Assembly (NCBI GenBank): GCA_000025185.1
Contig: CP001848.1
Coordinates: 2,790,001 to 2,822,000 of the forward strand
DNA from: Pirellula staleyi DSM 6068
GTDB lineage: Bacteria; Planctomycetota; Planctomycetia; Pirellulales; Pirellulaceae
Direction of reading: 5' to 3'
DNA length: 32,000 nucleotides
Part shown: positions 8,502 to 18,801 of the stretch, piece by piece
How the letters are laid out: every line of letters begins with the position of its first letter
Numbering within the stretch: position 1 is the stretch's first letter
Program-made: the position numbers and the translations under genes
The notes under the pieces: model-generated
Told to the model about the DNA's origin: nothing
Database searches by the model: none
What the model saw: only the letters and a program-made list of their open reading frames with translations

Positions 8502-9515
8502 TTACAGGCCGCGGGCCACAACCACATCATCGTAATCACGCAAGTGATAGTCGACACCGACATAGTCGAGCACTTTGCACAACGCGCGAAGGGCTACTCC
8601 CAGTCCATCGGGACCACTAAAGCCACCGAACTGTCCGCCACCCTTCAGATGCGGTTCGAGGTCAAGAATCACCCCAGGGATACCACGTTTCTTCAGCTTC
8701 TTCTCAAGCGTGGGGATGATCGATTTCAGATCTCGCAAAATGGCCTCGTGACCACCATCCCCCCGATCGCATGGAACAAAATGCTTGAGCGCTTCTTCGT
8801 CGACATGTGTGGTTCGAGCCAAACGTTGTGGGTGGCGATAGTCTTTGATGTGCATCCAGCCGAGTCCTTTTTTCATCATCTCGTACTGATCGAAAACTTC
8901 GCTACTGCTGAAGCCTTGCGTGCTGAGGTTTGCTGCATCGAAAATTAGCAGCATCGCAGGATGGTCGACCTGCTTATGAATTTGGGCGAGCAAATCCCCC
9001 GTTTGACCCACCAAGTTGGCTTCCACTTCCAGTCCAAAGGTCAGATCGCTCCGGTGACACATCTCGGCAATTTGGCCGAGTTGATCGACCACTTGGGGCA
9101 AGTGGTCCTGGGCATCGGTCCCTTTGGGGTGATAGAACGAAAAGCCGCGAATCAGCTTCGTTTCAAAAGCATGGGCTAGATCGCAGGCTCGTTTCACTTC
9201 ATCGTTCAGATACTTCTTGAACGGCACATAGCGGTTCTTCGTGCCGTCGTCGATGTCGAGCAACTTCACCTTGCCAATGGGCGAGCCAAGGGTCGCCACA
9301 TTCAGGCCATATTCATCCTCGAGGTGACGAATCTTGGTGATCTCGGACTTCGTTAGCTGCATGGCGTTTTTGATGCCATTGCCAGCGTCGATGAAGCGTA
9401 GCGAGTAGTACTGCAGGCCCAGAGCCGCAAAGGCTGCGAACTGCTGTTCGGCCGTTTTGGCATTGGCTGCTTCATCGCCAAATCCAGAGAGAATGACACT
9501 CGGCTTATCGCTCAT
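8502..9515 (-). CDS. Sugar phosphate isomerase/epimerase-type (xylose isomerase-like) TIM-barrel protein
   Basis: The pattern SGFGDE...LGLQYYSLR...IRGFSFY...FGLEVEANLV...LIFDAANL...HIKDY...LDLEPH is typical of the AP-endonuclease-2 / xylose-isomerase-like TIM-barrel family. The specific substrate cannot be assigned. Confidence 0.7.
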   Translation of the reverse strand: MSDKPSVILSGFGDEAANAKTAEQQFAAFAALGLQYYSLRFIDAGNGIKNAMQLTKSEITKIRHLEDEYGLNVATLGSPIGKVKLLDIDDGTKNRYVPFKKYLNDEVKRACDLAHAFETKLIRGFSFYHPKGTDAQDHLPQVVDQLGQIAEMCHRSDLTFGLEVEANLVGQTGDLLAQIHKQVDHPAMLLIFDAANLSTQGFSSSEVFDQYEMMKKGLGWMHIKDYRHPQRLARTTHVDEEALKHFVPCDRGDGGHEAILRDLKSIIPTLEKKLKKRGIPGVILDLEPHLKGGGQFGGFSGPDGLGVALRALCKVLDYVGVDYHLRDYDDVVVARGL

Positions 9516-9572
9516 GGTGAAGATCTTTCGTGGGAAGTGTGAGACGGGTGTGTGGAGAAGTCGCTCTGCGTG

Positions 9573-10319
9573 CTACTTACTCGTTAGGAGCGAAGCGGCA
9601 GGGGGATCGAGATAGAGAGTCATCGACGGATGCGTTTGCAAGATCGAAGCGGGAACAAGATTCGAAATCGGTCCTTCGACAGAGCCTTTCACAGCCTGCG
9701 CTTTTCGCTCGTCGGGAACACTGCAAACGATGTTGCCTGCCTTCAGGATTTGACGCACGGACATGGAAATAGCATGGGTTGGAACATCGTCGAGCGTCGG
9801 AAACCAACCTTCCCCCTGCTGTTGTTTGCGGCAAGCTTCGTCGAGTGACACAACGAGGTAGGGCTCGGTGGTTTCGAAATCGGCTGGCGGGTCGTTAAAC
9901 GCCAGGTGACCATTTTCACCGATGCCGATCATGGCCAGATCGATGGTCGGTTCTTGCGAGATCAACTGCTTGAGGCGGGCACATTCGGCCGCTGGAGCAC
10001 CGAGTCCGCTCAGGTAGTGAAAAGCAGCAGGAGCTTGTGGCAGCTTTTCGACAAGGCGTTCGCGGAGGTAACGGGCAAAGCTGGCACCGTGCGTGGCATC
10101 GAGGCCAACATACTCGTCGAGGTGGAAGAACGTGACCAGCGACCAGTCGATGCCGTCGGCGGCGACGAAGTGGGCCAGGGTGTCGAACTGGGAAGCACCG
10201 GTCGCCACGATGGCCACGGCCCGACCTCGCGCGGAGATTGCCCGGCGGAGGGTATCGGCGGCATCGGTGGCGGCCCTTAGGCCGAGTTCGACTTTGGTCG
10301 GAGCGATGTCGATCTTCAT
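9573..10319 (-). CDS. nagB: Glucosamine-6-phosphate deaminase/isomerase family protein (NagB/6-phosphogluconolactonase superfamily)
   Basis: [23 protein letters not shown] and ILQTHP align with the E. coli NagB motifs FNMDEYVGL, GGVGNDGHIAFNEP and LQLHP as I recall them. Confidence 0.75.
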   Translation of the reverse strand: MKIDIAPTKVELGLRAATDAADTLRRAISARGRAVAIVATGASQFDTLAHFVAADGIDWSLVTFFHLDEYVGLDATHGASFARYLRERLVEKLPQAPAAFHYLSGLGAPAAECARLKQLISQEPTIDLAMIGIGENGHLAFNDPPADFETTEPYLVVSLDEACRKQQQGEGWFPTLDDVPTHAISMSVRQILKAGNIVCSVPDERKAQAVKGSVEGPISNLVPASILQTHPSMTLYLDPPAASLLTSK

Positions 10320-10534
10320 GTCACAAATCCCATGAGCGGAAAGCCTAGAGCATGGATAGCAAGTGCTTGCTTTGCAAGGGGCTACGGATTTCGGACTGTC
10401 CCCGTTTTGACGATTTGCCTATGCTTTCTGAGGGGAGATCGGTGCGCGATTTTTGTAGAACCGGTCCCCGCTTGGATGGCCTACCGAGAGCGACGTGTCT
10501 GCCGACTTCTCAATCTCTGTGCAGGGGGTGCTCC

Positions 10535-12232
<1,698 letters not shown>

Positions 12233-12250
12233 ATCGCTGCTCACCCCACG

Positions 12251-12297
12251 AAAAAGACCCAGCCAAAATGCTTCTCGAGGGAAGTCTTGGCTGGGTC
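12251..12297 (-). terminator. Rho-independent terminator for the TPR lipoprotein gene; the hairpin is also placed to stop the convergent decarboxylase transcript
   Basis: An 11-bp perfect stem, GACCCAGCCAA (12256-12266) / TTGGCTGGGTC (12287-12297). AAAAA at 12251-12255 gives a U-tract on the minus strand. Confidence 0.75.
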
Positions 12298-12330
12298 GTG
12301 ATGGACTGAAGAGGCAATGAACTCTACGAG

Positions 12331-13647
12331 TTATTCGTCGCTCGCAACTGGGGCTTCGTCATCAGCTTGGCTCTCGGACGCAGCGTCATCGTCACTGATG
12401 TGGAACGATGGAATCGGAATCGATTTCGCTGGTTCACTTGAGGTCGGTTCCTCTAGTTCGGGAGCGACTTCTTCCTCGTGCGACTGCTGCTGCCCTTCGT
12501 AGCTTGGCTGGGCATACGATGCGCCGCTGAAGTTGCTCGAGTAAGGAGCACCTTCAATGGTCGGCGGGGCCATTTGGTACGGAGCGGGCGAGTACGTAGT
12601 GCCGGATGCCGCAGCGGGGGCTGGCTGATAGACCGGTGCCGAGGACTGCTGAGGCTGATAGGCCTGATACTGCGGAGCACGGGCCATCATTGCAGCAGCT
12701 TGTTGCTGCATCTGTGCAACAGGAAGTTGGCCTTCGGACATGCTCCCCTCGAGCTTCGCCAGCATTTCGCGAGCGGCCTGCATCGATGGGTCCAGTTCCA
12801 CCGCCCGAGCCATGTGCTGGGCAGCCCCCTGGGCATTTCCCTTTTGCTCGAGCAGGTAGCCGACGTTGTAGTGTGCCACGGCTTGCGGGTTCACTGCCGA
12901 CAGCGTTTTGATGGCTTCGTCGGCGCGGCCAGCTTCCACCTGAACCGTCGCCAGGTTATTGCGATACTTGACGTTGGCAGGTTGAAGTTCAACAGCCTTG
13001 TGGAGGTTGGCCATCGACTGTGGCAAGTCTTTTTGACGAGCGTAGCACAGACCCAGGTCGTTGTACGCCATGCCACTCTCGGGATGAGCGGCGATTGCCT
13101 TGCGATAAAGCTCTACGGCTTTAGCGGATTGCCCCTGCCGGTCGTACATACGAGCGAGGCTCACCAAGGTGTTGAGATCCTTGGGAGAAACCTTCAGCGC
13201 TTTGTCGTACTGCGCTTGTGCTTCTTCAAACTTGCCTTGGTTCTCGAGCAGGCGAGCCGCAGCGACATAGACGTCGGGGCCAACTTTTTTCGGTTTAGTG
13301 CTCAGGCTAACTGGGTCCTCGGTGACGTCGCCGTTGGGCTTCGAAGAGAACGCACCTGATACAGCCGAGGTTGTTTTCTTCCAGCCGGCGACGATGAAGT
13401 TGTCGCTGGATGGTGGTTTGGAGCCGCCGAGTCCAACATTACCCGAGGTGTTGCCGCCGACAGCGGTTCCACTCGAGGTGAACTGCTGCGAGAGGCCGTT
13501 GTAGTTGGCTTTGCCGACATCCGGTGCGCTGCTGGCGACCGTTGGTGAAGATTTGCCAAAGCCAAACATCGATCCGCTCTTACAGCCGACCAGCGTGGTG
13601 GAGCCAGCGACCAATAAGGCGAAGAAGAGTTTTCGGCGAATGTTCAC
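12331..13647 (-). CDS. TPR-repeat lipoprotein with a Q/P/A/Y-rich and acidic C-terminal tail
   Basis: The GTG at 13647 is preceded by GGGAGGTG with a 4-nt spacer. The lipobox reads LLVAGSTTLVGC. Several TPR units follow (AQAQYDKALKVSPKDLNTLVSLARMY..., AVELYRKAIAAHPESGMAYNDLGLCY..., etc.). Confidence 0.8.
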   Translation of the reverse strand: MNIRRKLFFALLVAGSTTLVGCKSGSMFGFGKSSPTVASSAPDVGKANYNGLSQQFTSSGTAVGGNTSGNVGLGGSKPPSSDNFIVAGWKKTTSAVSGAFSSKPNGDVTEDPVSLSTKPKKVGPDVYVAAARLLENQGKFEEAQAQYDKALKVSPKDLNTLVSLARMYDRQGQSAKAVELYRKAIAAHPESGMAYNDLGLCYARQKDLPQSMANLHKAVELQPANVKYRNNLATVQVEAGRADEAIKTLSAVNPQAVAHYNVGYLLEQKGNAQGAAQHMARAVELDPSMQAAREMLAKLEGSMSEGQLPVAQMQQQAAAMMARAPQYQAYQPQQSSAPVYQPAPAAASGTTYSPAPYQMAPPTIEGAPYSSNFSGASYAQPSYEGQQQSHEEEVAPELEEPTSSEPAKSIPIPSFHISDDDAASESQADDEAPVASDE

Positions 13648-13787
13648 GTCGCACCTCCCTGTGCTGCAGCCGTTTCGGTAGATGTCGCGCACAGTCCTTG
13701 CGCGCACGCATCACCGACCTTAAGATTCTTCATCGTCGCGCGCTGCAATCGGGCTGTAGCGGAAATACCGGTGGCAACGGTTTGTCA

Positions 13788-13813
13788 GCAGAGTTGCGGA
13801 TCGCCAACTCTGC
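13788..13813. other. Perfect 9-bp stem-loop between two co-oriented minus-strand genes
   Basis: GCAGAGTTG-cggatcgc-CAACTCTGC. No U-tract on either strand. It could be a processing or attenuation element, or a weak terminator. Confidence 0.4.
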
Positions 13814-13866
13814 TAGCACTGCCGGCTCTTCAGCTTCAGATTCAGACTCGTGAGCCTGCGTAGCGA

Positions 13867-14430
13867 CTACCCACCTTCGCCACCCGTCGAACCACCAGCG
13901 CCATTGGCTGGAGGTGGTAGGCGAGGCGAAGGAATCGAGTCTTGCACGGCGCGATTGATTGCATCGAAGTATTCACCTGAACCGCCATCGGGCTCGGTGT
14001 TGGTGAAGTAGACCGGGGGAAGGTCGCCCTCAGGGATGAGGGAAGAGATGTATGTCTGTACCGATTCCATACGCTGCTGGTTGATCTCAGGCTTGTCGGC
14101 CTTAAAGACAAACACCGCGCGACGGTGAAGGGGAGCCTGGGTAACGATCCATTTCACCTTCAGCTTGCCAGCTTGGTTCAGCTCGCCAGTCGCTTCGTCG
14201 AACAGGAAGGTTCCCACGGTGTTCTGCATCTTCCAGCCGTTATCGGTCTGGGTCAGAAACGGTGCTCGCGTGGCTGCTCGGTCGGCTGATTGAAAGGGTT
14301 CAGGCCACGCATTGTTACGGTGGAAGTCGACCTTCACGCTGTGCCAGAATTCGTGCCAACCAGCTTCGGCCGTGACCGTACCTGCGGCAAGCGAAATCGA
14401 AACCGAGCAGGCAACCAGGAAACGTCGCAT
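13867..14430 (-). CDS. Secreted hypothetical protein (187 aa)
   Basis: The ATG at 14430 is preceded by GGAGAC with a 6-nt spacer. The signal peptide reads MRRFLVACSVSISLAAGTVTAEA. The C-terminus is Gly/Pro-rich. I recognise no family. Confidence 0.65.
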   Translation of the reverse strand: MRRFLVACSVSISLAAGTVTAEAGWHEFWHSVKVDFHRNNAWPEPFQSADRAATRAPFLTQTDNGWKMQNTVGTFLFDEATGELNQAGKLKVKWIVTQAPLHRRAVFVFKADKPEINQQRMESVQTYISSLIPEGDLPPVYFTNTEPDGGSGEYFDAINRAVQDSIPSPRLPPPANGAGGSTGGEGG

Positions 14431-14915
14431 CGAAAGGTCTCCAGCGAAAAGCAGCGGCATTTTCGGCGATGGGGAGCCAGAGAAGGTCCCGCGAGCATTT
14501 CGTGGGACGATCCGTGGCCCAGCAGACGAGAGCAGTGCAGTTGTTCTGGCTGAGAATAAGCCCGAGCAACCTGCGAAGAAGCCTCAAGTATTCGTGGTGC
14601 CAGACAAAGCTATGCACTGGCGCACCAAGAGACTCGTCGCTACATCACTCCATCGGCAGACGCTCGGCTAACACTGTGAGAACGAAACCGAGCACCCTAC
14701 GGACCTCCGAGGAGGATTCTTTTGTGCAAAGAGCACTTCTTTACTGAGCGATAAGGTTTACCAGAATTCAACTTGATCCCACCCGCCATAACGACTAGTT
14801 TTCAGGCGTTCCACCCCTTCGAGTGGTCTGCCAGCATTGTCAGTGCCAGCTAGCTGCTACGTGGACCTCTGCTCTGATTGCTCCTCCTCTCCCCCAGGGC
14901 AAAGCAGGCCACAGC

Positions 14916-15554
14916 ATGCCTTTCCATTGCAAGCTTTCCCTTTACAAGCATCCCCGCTCTGGGATCACGATCGTGGAACTCGTCGTGGTGATCGCAATTT
15001 TGGGGATACTGCTGGCATTGCTACTCCCTGCCATTCAGTCCTCGCGCGTGAAGGCAATGGAAGCGGTCTGTAAGAACAACTTGCATCAGCTCAATCTGGC
15101 GATGGGGCAGTTTTGCCAAGCAACCCACGAGTTGCCAGTTCCTGTCGCTCCGGGACAGATTGGGGGCTGGAAGGTCGCGATCATGCCCTATCTCGAGCAG
15201 GGAAACTTCCGCAATACGATTCCCGCAGGTGCTTCTGTCACCGACGCCCCGAAAGAAATCTACTCACAGCCGATCATCATGCGGTGCCCGGTCCGAGCAA
15301 GGCTCACACAAAAAACTACTGCGGCTGTCGAGAGTGCTCATTATGTGCTGGTGCCCGACGGTGGGCGCGATTCATTCATGCTGTTCGATGCTCCGGTCGA
15401 TCTCGAAGTCCCCTGGCTATCGGGTCCGGAAATGGATTACGGGGCCATTGTGGCCCGTCAAGGGCCGCATCACGATGGTTTCTTCTACGCGTCGGGTGGA
15501 CAGCAGGGGATTAGCTTCATGCTTCACGGCGAACGTGTGCTGACGAACCGGTAG
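14916..15554 (+). CDS. Prepilin-type N-terminal cleavage/methylation domain protein (short DUF1559-like planctomycete family member)
   Basis: SGITIVELVVVIAILGILLALLLPAIQSSR matches the G/[FI]T[LI]VE + LLPA[VI]Q..R N-terminus typical of DUF1559 type-IV-pilin-like proteins. I chose the ATG at 14916 over the GTG at 14823. Confidence 0.7.
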   Translation: MPFHCKLSLYKHPRSGITIVELVVVIAILGILLALLLPAIQSSRVKAMEAVCKNNLHQLNLAMGQFCQATHELPVPVAPGQIGGWKVAIMPYLEQGNFRNTIPAGASVTDAPKEIYSQPIIMRCPVRARLTQKTTAAVESAHYVLVPDGGRDSFMLFDAPVDLEVPWLSGPEMDYGAIVARQGPHHDGFFYASGGQQGISFMLHGERVLTNR

Positions 15555-15670
15555 GAGCGGTCTCGTTGTGCAGCTGTTGGTAGAAAAACGTTGTGTTGCA
15601 AAGTCCCCCTTGTGGCCAGAGTGCAAAGCCGGGGACTTCACCGACACGTTGCCAGCCATGCTTCGTATTA

Positions 15671-15702
15671 CTCGTCGTGGACTTATCCTATCCGACGACG
15701 AG
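15671..15702 (-). terminator. Candidate terminator hairpin downstream of the sucrose-phosphate phosphatase gene
   Basis: CTCGTCGTGGA-cttatccta-TCCgACGACGAG, an 11-bp stem with one bulge, lies 48 nt past the stop at 15750. It lacks a clear U-tract. Confidence 0.4.
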
Positions 15703-15749
15703 CAAAAGATGCATTTGGGAAGAGCAGATGGGAGCAACGCATCGCGAGG

Positions 15750-16523
15750 TCAAGCGCGCGACATCCAGTGGCTAATCCCCTCGAGAACGCCGGCAGCGTA
15801 ATGGGCAGTGGCGTGATAGGTCGCTGGGCACTGGACTGCGGCGAGTTCCGGCTGTGCATTGCCGACGACAATGCCCCGAAAGCCTTGCCCAAACATCGCG
15901 CGGTCGTTGCCAGTGTCGCCACAGACGATCACGCGCTGGGGCGGGACGTTCATCGTCTCGGCAATCAGTTTGGCGGCTGAACCTTTGTGAATGCCGCGTG
16001 GCAGGACATCGAGATCGCGTGCGCTGCTGTAGATCAAGTCGACTTCGAGATCGTGCGATGTGAGCAGATACTCAATCGACTTTAGTTCGGCGGCACTGAG
16101 ATCGTGCGCGTAGTAACTCACCTTCCACGCCGATTGGTTGAGCTCCGGCTGAAGAACAAGCGATCGAAGTTCCGCAAGTATTTCGCGAATGCAAGTCGCC
16201 GACCAGCTACCCAGCCCAACTTGAGGCCACGACGGCAGACGCGTGCTCGCTCCATACCAGTGGATTTCAGTTCCCACGCCACTCGCAGTCGCGACTGGCG
16301 TAGGTAAGGCATACTCATCGATGGCCTGTCGAATCGAATACTCGAGTCGTCCCGAGGCATACGCGATGTCGATCTTGTCGCGACAACTGGCGAGCCAATC
16401 GCGCAAGATTTCGAGCGATGCTGTATCGCCCAGAAGTGTGCCGTCGAGATCGCTCACAATCAGCCAGCGATCGTTAGTTGGAGAAATACTTCGCTCTGTT
16501 TGGGGTAGTTCAGCAAGGCTCAT
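15750..16523 (-). CDS. spp: Sucrose-phosphate phosphatase (HAD-IIB, S6PP family)
   Basis: LIVSDLDGTLLGD, WKVSYY, VCGDTGNDRAMF..RGIVVGNAQPEL and YAAGVLEGISHW parallel Synechocystis SPP as I recall it (LISDLDNTWVGD, WKISYH, VCGDSGNDIGLF..RGVIVRNAQPEL, HAGAILEAIAHF). The ATG at 16523 overlaps the upstream stop (ATGA). Confidence 0.85.
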   Translation of the reverse strand: MSLAELPQTERSISPTNDRWLIVSDLDGTLLGDTASLEILRDWLASCRDKIDIAYASGRLEYSIRQAIDEYALPTPVATASGVGTEIHWYGASTRLPSWPQVGLGSWSATCIREILAELRSLVLQPELNQSAWKVSYYAHDLSAAELKSIEYLLTSHDLEVDLIYSSARDLDVLPRGIHKGSAAKLIAETMNVPPQRVIVCGDTGNDRAMFGQGFRGIVVGNAQPELAAVQCPATYHATAHYAAGVLEGISHWMSRA

Positions 16524-17866
16524 GACAACGTCACCCCTTTCGTGATGGGGGTCGAGATCGGCAGCGGCGTGTCGGTAATGATTGGCCAGTCGGGGAGACG
16601 CTTGGCGAGCGCATCTTCCACACTCTCGAGCACTTGCTGAGCGACACCATTCCAGGTGAACTTGGCACGCGCCTTTTGCGAACCGAATTTTGCGAGCTGT
16701 GCCGAGACCTGGGGATACTGGAGCACTTCGAGGATCGAGTGGCCGAAGGCATCGCAGTCGTTCGGATTGGCATATAGGGCTTCGAGTCCCCAAGTCACTT
16801 GTTCCCACAAACCTCCTTCGGTCGTCACGACCGTGGGAGTGCCGCAGGCCATGGCTTCGATGGCGGTCATACCGAAAGGCTCGTAGCGGCTCGAGAGGGC
16901 AAACACATCGGCGGCACGATAGTAGTCGGCTAGCATTTCGTCGGGAATGTAGTCTTGAAAGCGAATGCGATGTTCGATGTCGAGTTCGCGGGCGAGGGCC
17001 TTGAGTGCGTCGAGTTGAATTTTCTCGTCAGGCGAAAGTTCGGTTCCGCCGATGGCCAGCACCAGTGTCGCATGCGCTATGCGATCAAAAACAGGTTTCA
17101 TCGAACGAATCAGCAGATCGTAGCCTTTGTTGCGGGCTAATCGCCCGAGCGCAAGGACCGTGGGACCTTCCATGCCAAGCTCGCGTTTGAGCGTTTGTCG
17201 CGTGGCCATCGACACAGGATAAAAACGGGTATCGTCGTAACCTGGTGGAATCACATGCACCTTAGCCTTCGGTGTATCGTAGTTCTCGCCACACAAGATC
17301 TCGCGCTGCTGAGGAGTCGTTGCGATGAGCGCGTCGGCTTCGTCGTAGATTGTCTTCTCGTCGGTAATGCGGCGGCGGAAGTTCCAGCGACGCTCGTTGC
17401 CATCAACATCCCCCGGCATGTTGTCCCGTTTCCACGAACCGATGGAGTGAGGCGTGTGAAGATGAGGAATCACGAGTCCTCGTGCTAGTGCCGCGCCGGC
17501 GAGGCCAGCATCCCAGTAGTGTGTGTTGATGAACCGGTAGTGGAGCTTGTTTTTGCGGATATAGCGCAGGGCATTCGCCGACCATTCCGGAATGTGCTGG
17601 CAAAGTGTTTCTTTCCCGATGAATTCGCTACCGCCACAAGGAAATCGGAGCAAGCGGACATTCTCGGCGACTTGCTCTTCGGCAACTTGATCCTCGAATT
17701 GGCGGGTCATGATATCGACCTGATAGCCCATGCGAGCAAGGCATCGCGAGAGCTCGAGGACATAGACAACCTGGCCACCAGTGTCGGGCTTGCCAAGCTC
17801 TGGCTGGGCAGCGACATAGCCGTGGGTGGAGATCATCAGAATTCGTTCTTTAGCTCGTGGGGACAT
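16520..17866 (-). CDS. sps: Sucrose-phosphate synthase-like GT4 (GT-B) glycosyltransferase
   Basis: ISTHGYVAAQPELGKPDTGGQVVYVLELSRCLARMGYQVDIMTRQFED matches the N-terminal motif of sucrose-phosphate synthases (DxGGQ..YV.E). The C-terminal E-x7-E region (SRYEPFGMTAIEAMACGTP) is present. The ATG at 17866 is preceded by AGGAGAA with a 5-nt spacer, and the gene is coupled to the SPP gene. Confidence 0.75.
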   Translation of the reverse strand: MSPRAKERILMISTHGYVAAQPELGKPDTGGQVVYVLELSRCLARMGYQVDIMTRQFEDQVAEEQVAENVRLLRFPCGGSEFIGKETLCQHIPEWSANALRYIRKNKLHYRFINTHYWDAGLAGAALARGLVIPHLHTPHSIGSWKRDNMPGDVDGNERRWNFRRRITDEKTIYDEADALIATTPQQREILCGENYDTPKAKVHVIPPGYDDTRFYPVSMATRQTLKRELGMEGPTVLALGRLARNKGYDLLIRSMKPVFDRIAHATLVLAIGGTELSPDEKIQLDALKALARELDIEHRIRFQDYIPDEMLADYYRAADVFALSSRYEPFGMTAIEAMACGTPTVVTTEGGLWEQVTWGLEALYANPNDCDAFGHSILEVLQYPQVSAQLAKFGSQKARAKFTWNGVAQQVLESVEDALAKRLPDWPIITDTPLPISTPITKGVTLS

Positions 17867-17921
17867 CGGTTTTCTCCTAAGGTCCTTGGGACGAGTGACA
17901 GCCAGCCAATCCGAGAGGGGA

Positions 17922-17938
17922 CGCGCAACGATTGCGCG
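17922..17938. promoter_or_regulatory. GC-rich palindrome in the sps 5' region (candidate operator or 5'-UTR hairpin)
   Basis: CGCGCAA-cga-TTGCGCG lies 56-72 nt upstream of the sps ATG. A second AT-rich palindrome, AAAACacGTTTT, sits at 18013-18024. Confidence 0.3.
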
Positions 17939-18108
17939 CGAGACTCGAGTTCGCTCGACTGGTGCTGAAACAATCCTCAGCACGGATGCAAGAGAAGAGG
18001 CTGCAGAAATTCAAAACACGTTTTGGAAACGCAACTTGTTTTGTGTCGCAGCAGCGGAGAGGAGCACTAAGGGTGCTGCGGCGACGATATCAGCAGTGTC
18101 GACAAGAT

Positions 18109-18801
18109 TTAAAGTGGTGGATCGCAGCCGCTCAGCTGTTCACTGATCGCCAGGCTGGCGATCGCATCGCGAACAGCTAGCTCCCGCGTTGTCAGTTCAG
18201 CTGCTGTGGTGGAAGCCACGCTCGGAAATTCGTGCCGTGGAACCGGACTGGTCGCCGCGATGGCTGTCGGTTCGCCGGTGGCATTTTGCTGGCCCGTTGC
18301 TGGCATCGCCGTGGAGGCTGGTGCAGCAGGGCCGCGATGCAAAAAGGGCTCGGCCGAGATTTCATCGGCCTGCATGAGATGGGCGACTCGCTGCAGGGTG
18401 GCGAGCATTTGTGTCTGCTCCCACGTCGGCATTTGGGCGAGTTGCTCCAGGAAGCGGTCGCGCAGCAGGGGAGGGGACTTCGCCACCGCCTCGCTGCCGG
18501 CAGTTGTCAGCCTGACCACTACGCTCCGGCGGTCGGTTCGGCTGCCGCGTTCGCGCGTGAGAAGACCACGTTCCTCGAGTCGGTTGAGGATCCCCACAAT
18601 CGTGGGTGGAGTGATGTGCAGGGCATCGGAGAGTTCGCCCGGTGTTGCCGAGCTTGACCGGTCGAGGTGCCGTAGCACTCCGATTTGCGGCCCGGTCAGT
18701 CCATGTTCGACCAGCAGATATCGCGAATAGAGATCGATCGCCTGCGTCACTTGCCGCAGGGCAATCAGGATCTGATCGGCGGTAGTCAGCGAGTCGGGCA
18801 T
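18109..18801 (-). CDS. MarR-family transcriptional regulator with an extended ~80-aa low-complexity C-terminal tail
   Basis: The winged-HTH pattern is LTGPQIGVLRHLDRSSSATPGELSDALHITPPTIVGILNRLEERGLLTRERGSRTDRRSVVVRLT. The ATG is at 18801 (the track ORF begins one codon earlier at a TTG). Confidence 0.85.
   Translation of the reverse strand: MPDSLTTADQILIALRQVTQAIDLYSRYLLVEHGLTGPQIGVLRHLDRSSSATPGELSDALHITPPTIVGILNRLEERGLLTRERGSRTDRRSVVVRLTTAGSEAVAKSPPLLRDRFLEQLAQMPTWEQTQMLATLQRVAHLMQADEISAEPFLHRGPAAPASTAMPATGQQNATGEPTAIAATSPVPRHEFPSVASTTAAELTTRELAVRDAIASLAISEQLSGCDPPL

Noticed and set aside
10352-10534. N-terminal extensions of track ORFs. Examples are decarboxylase 10352-10534, HtrA 3523-3657, SPP 16524-16808, SPS 17867-17983, HlyD 29939-30082 and lipoprotein 13648-13707.
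   Set aside because: The extensions lack family homology, overlap neighbouring genes or promoters, and have unnatural composition. Internal starts with SD sequences and/or signal peptides fit better.
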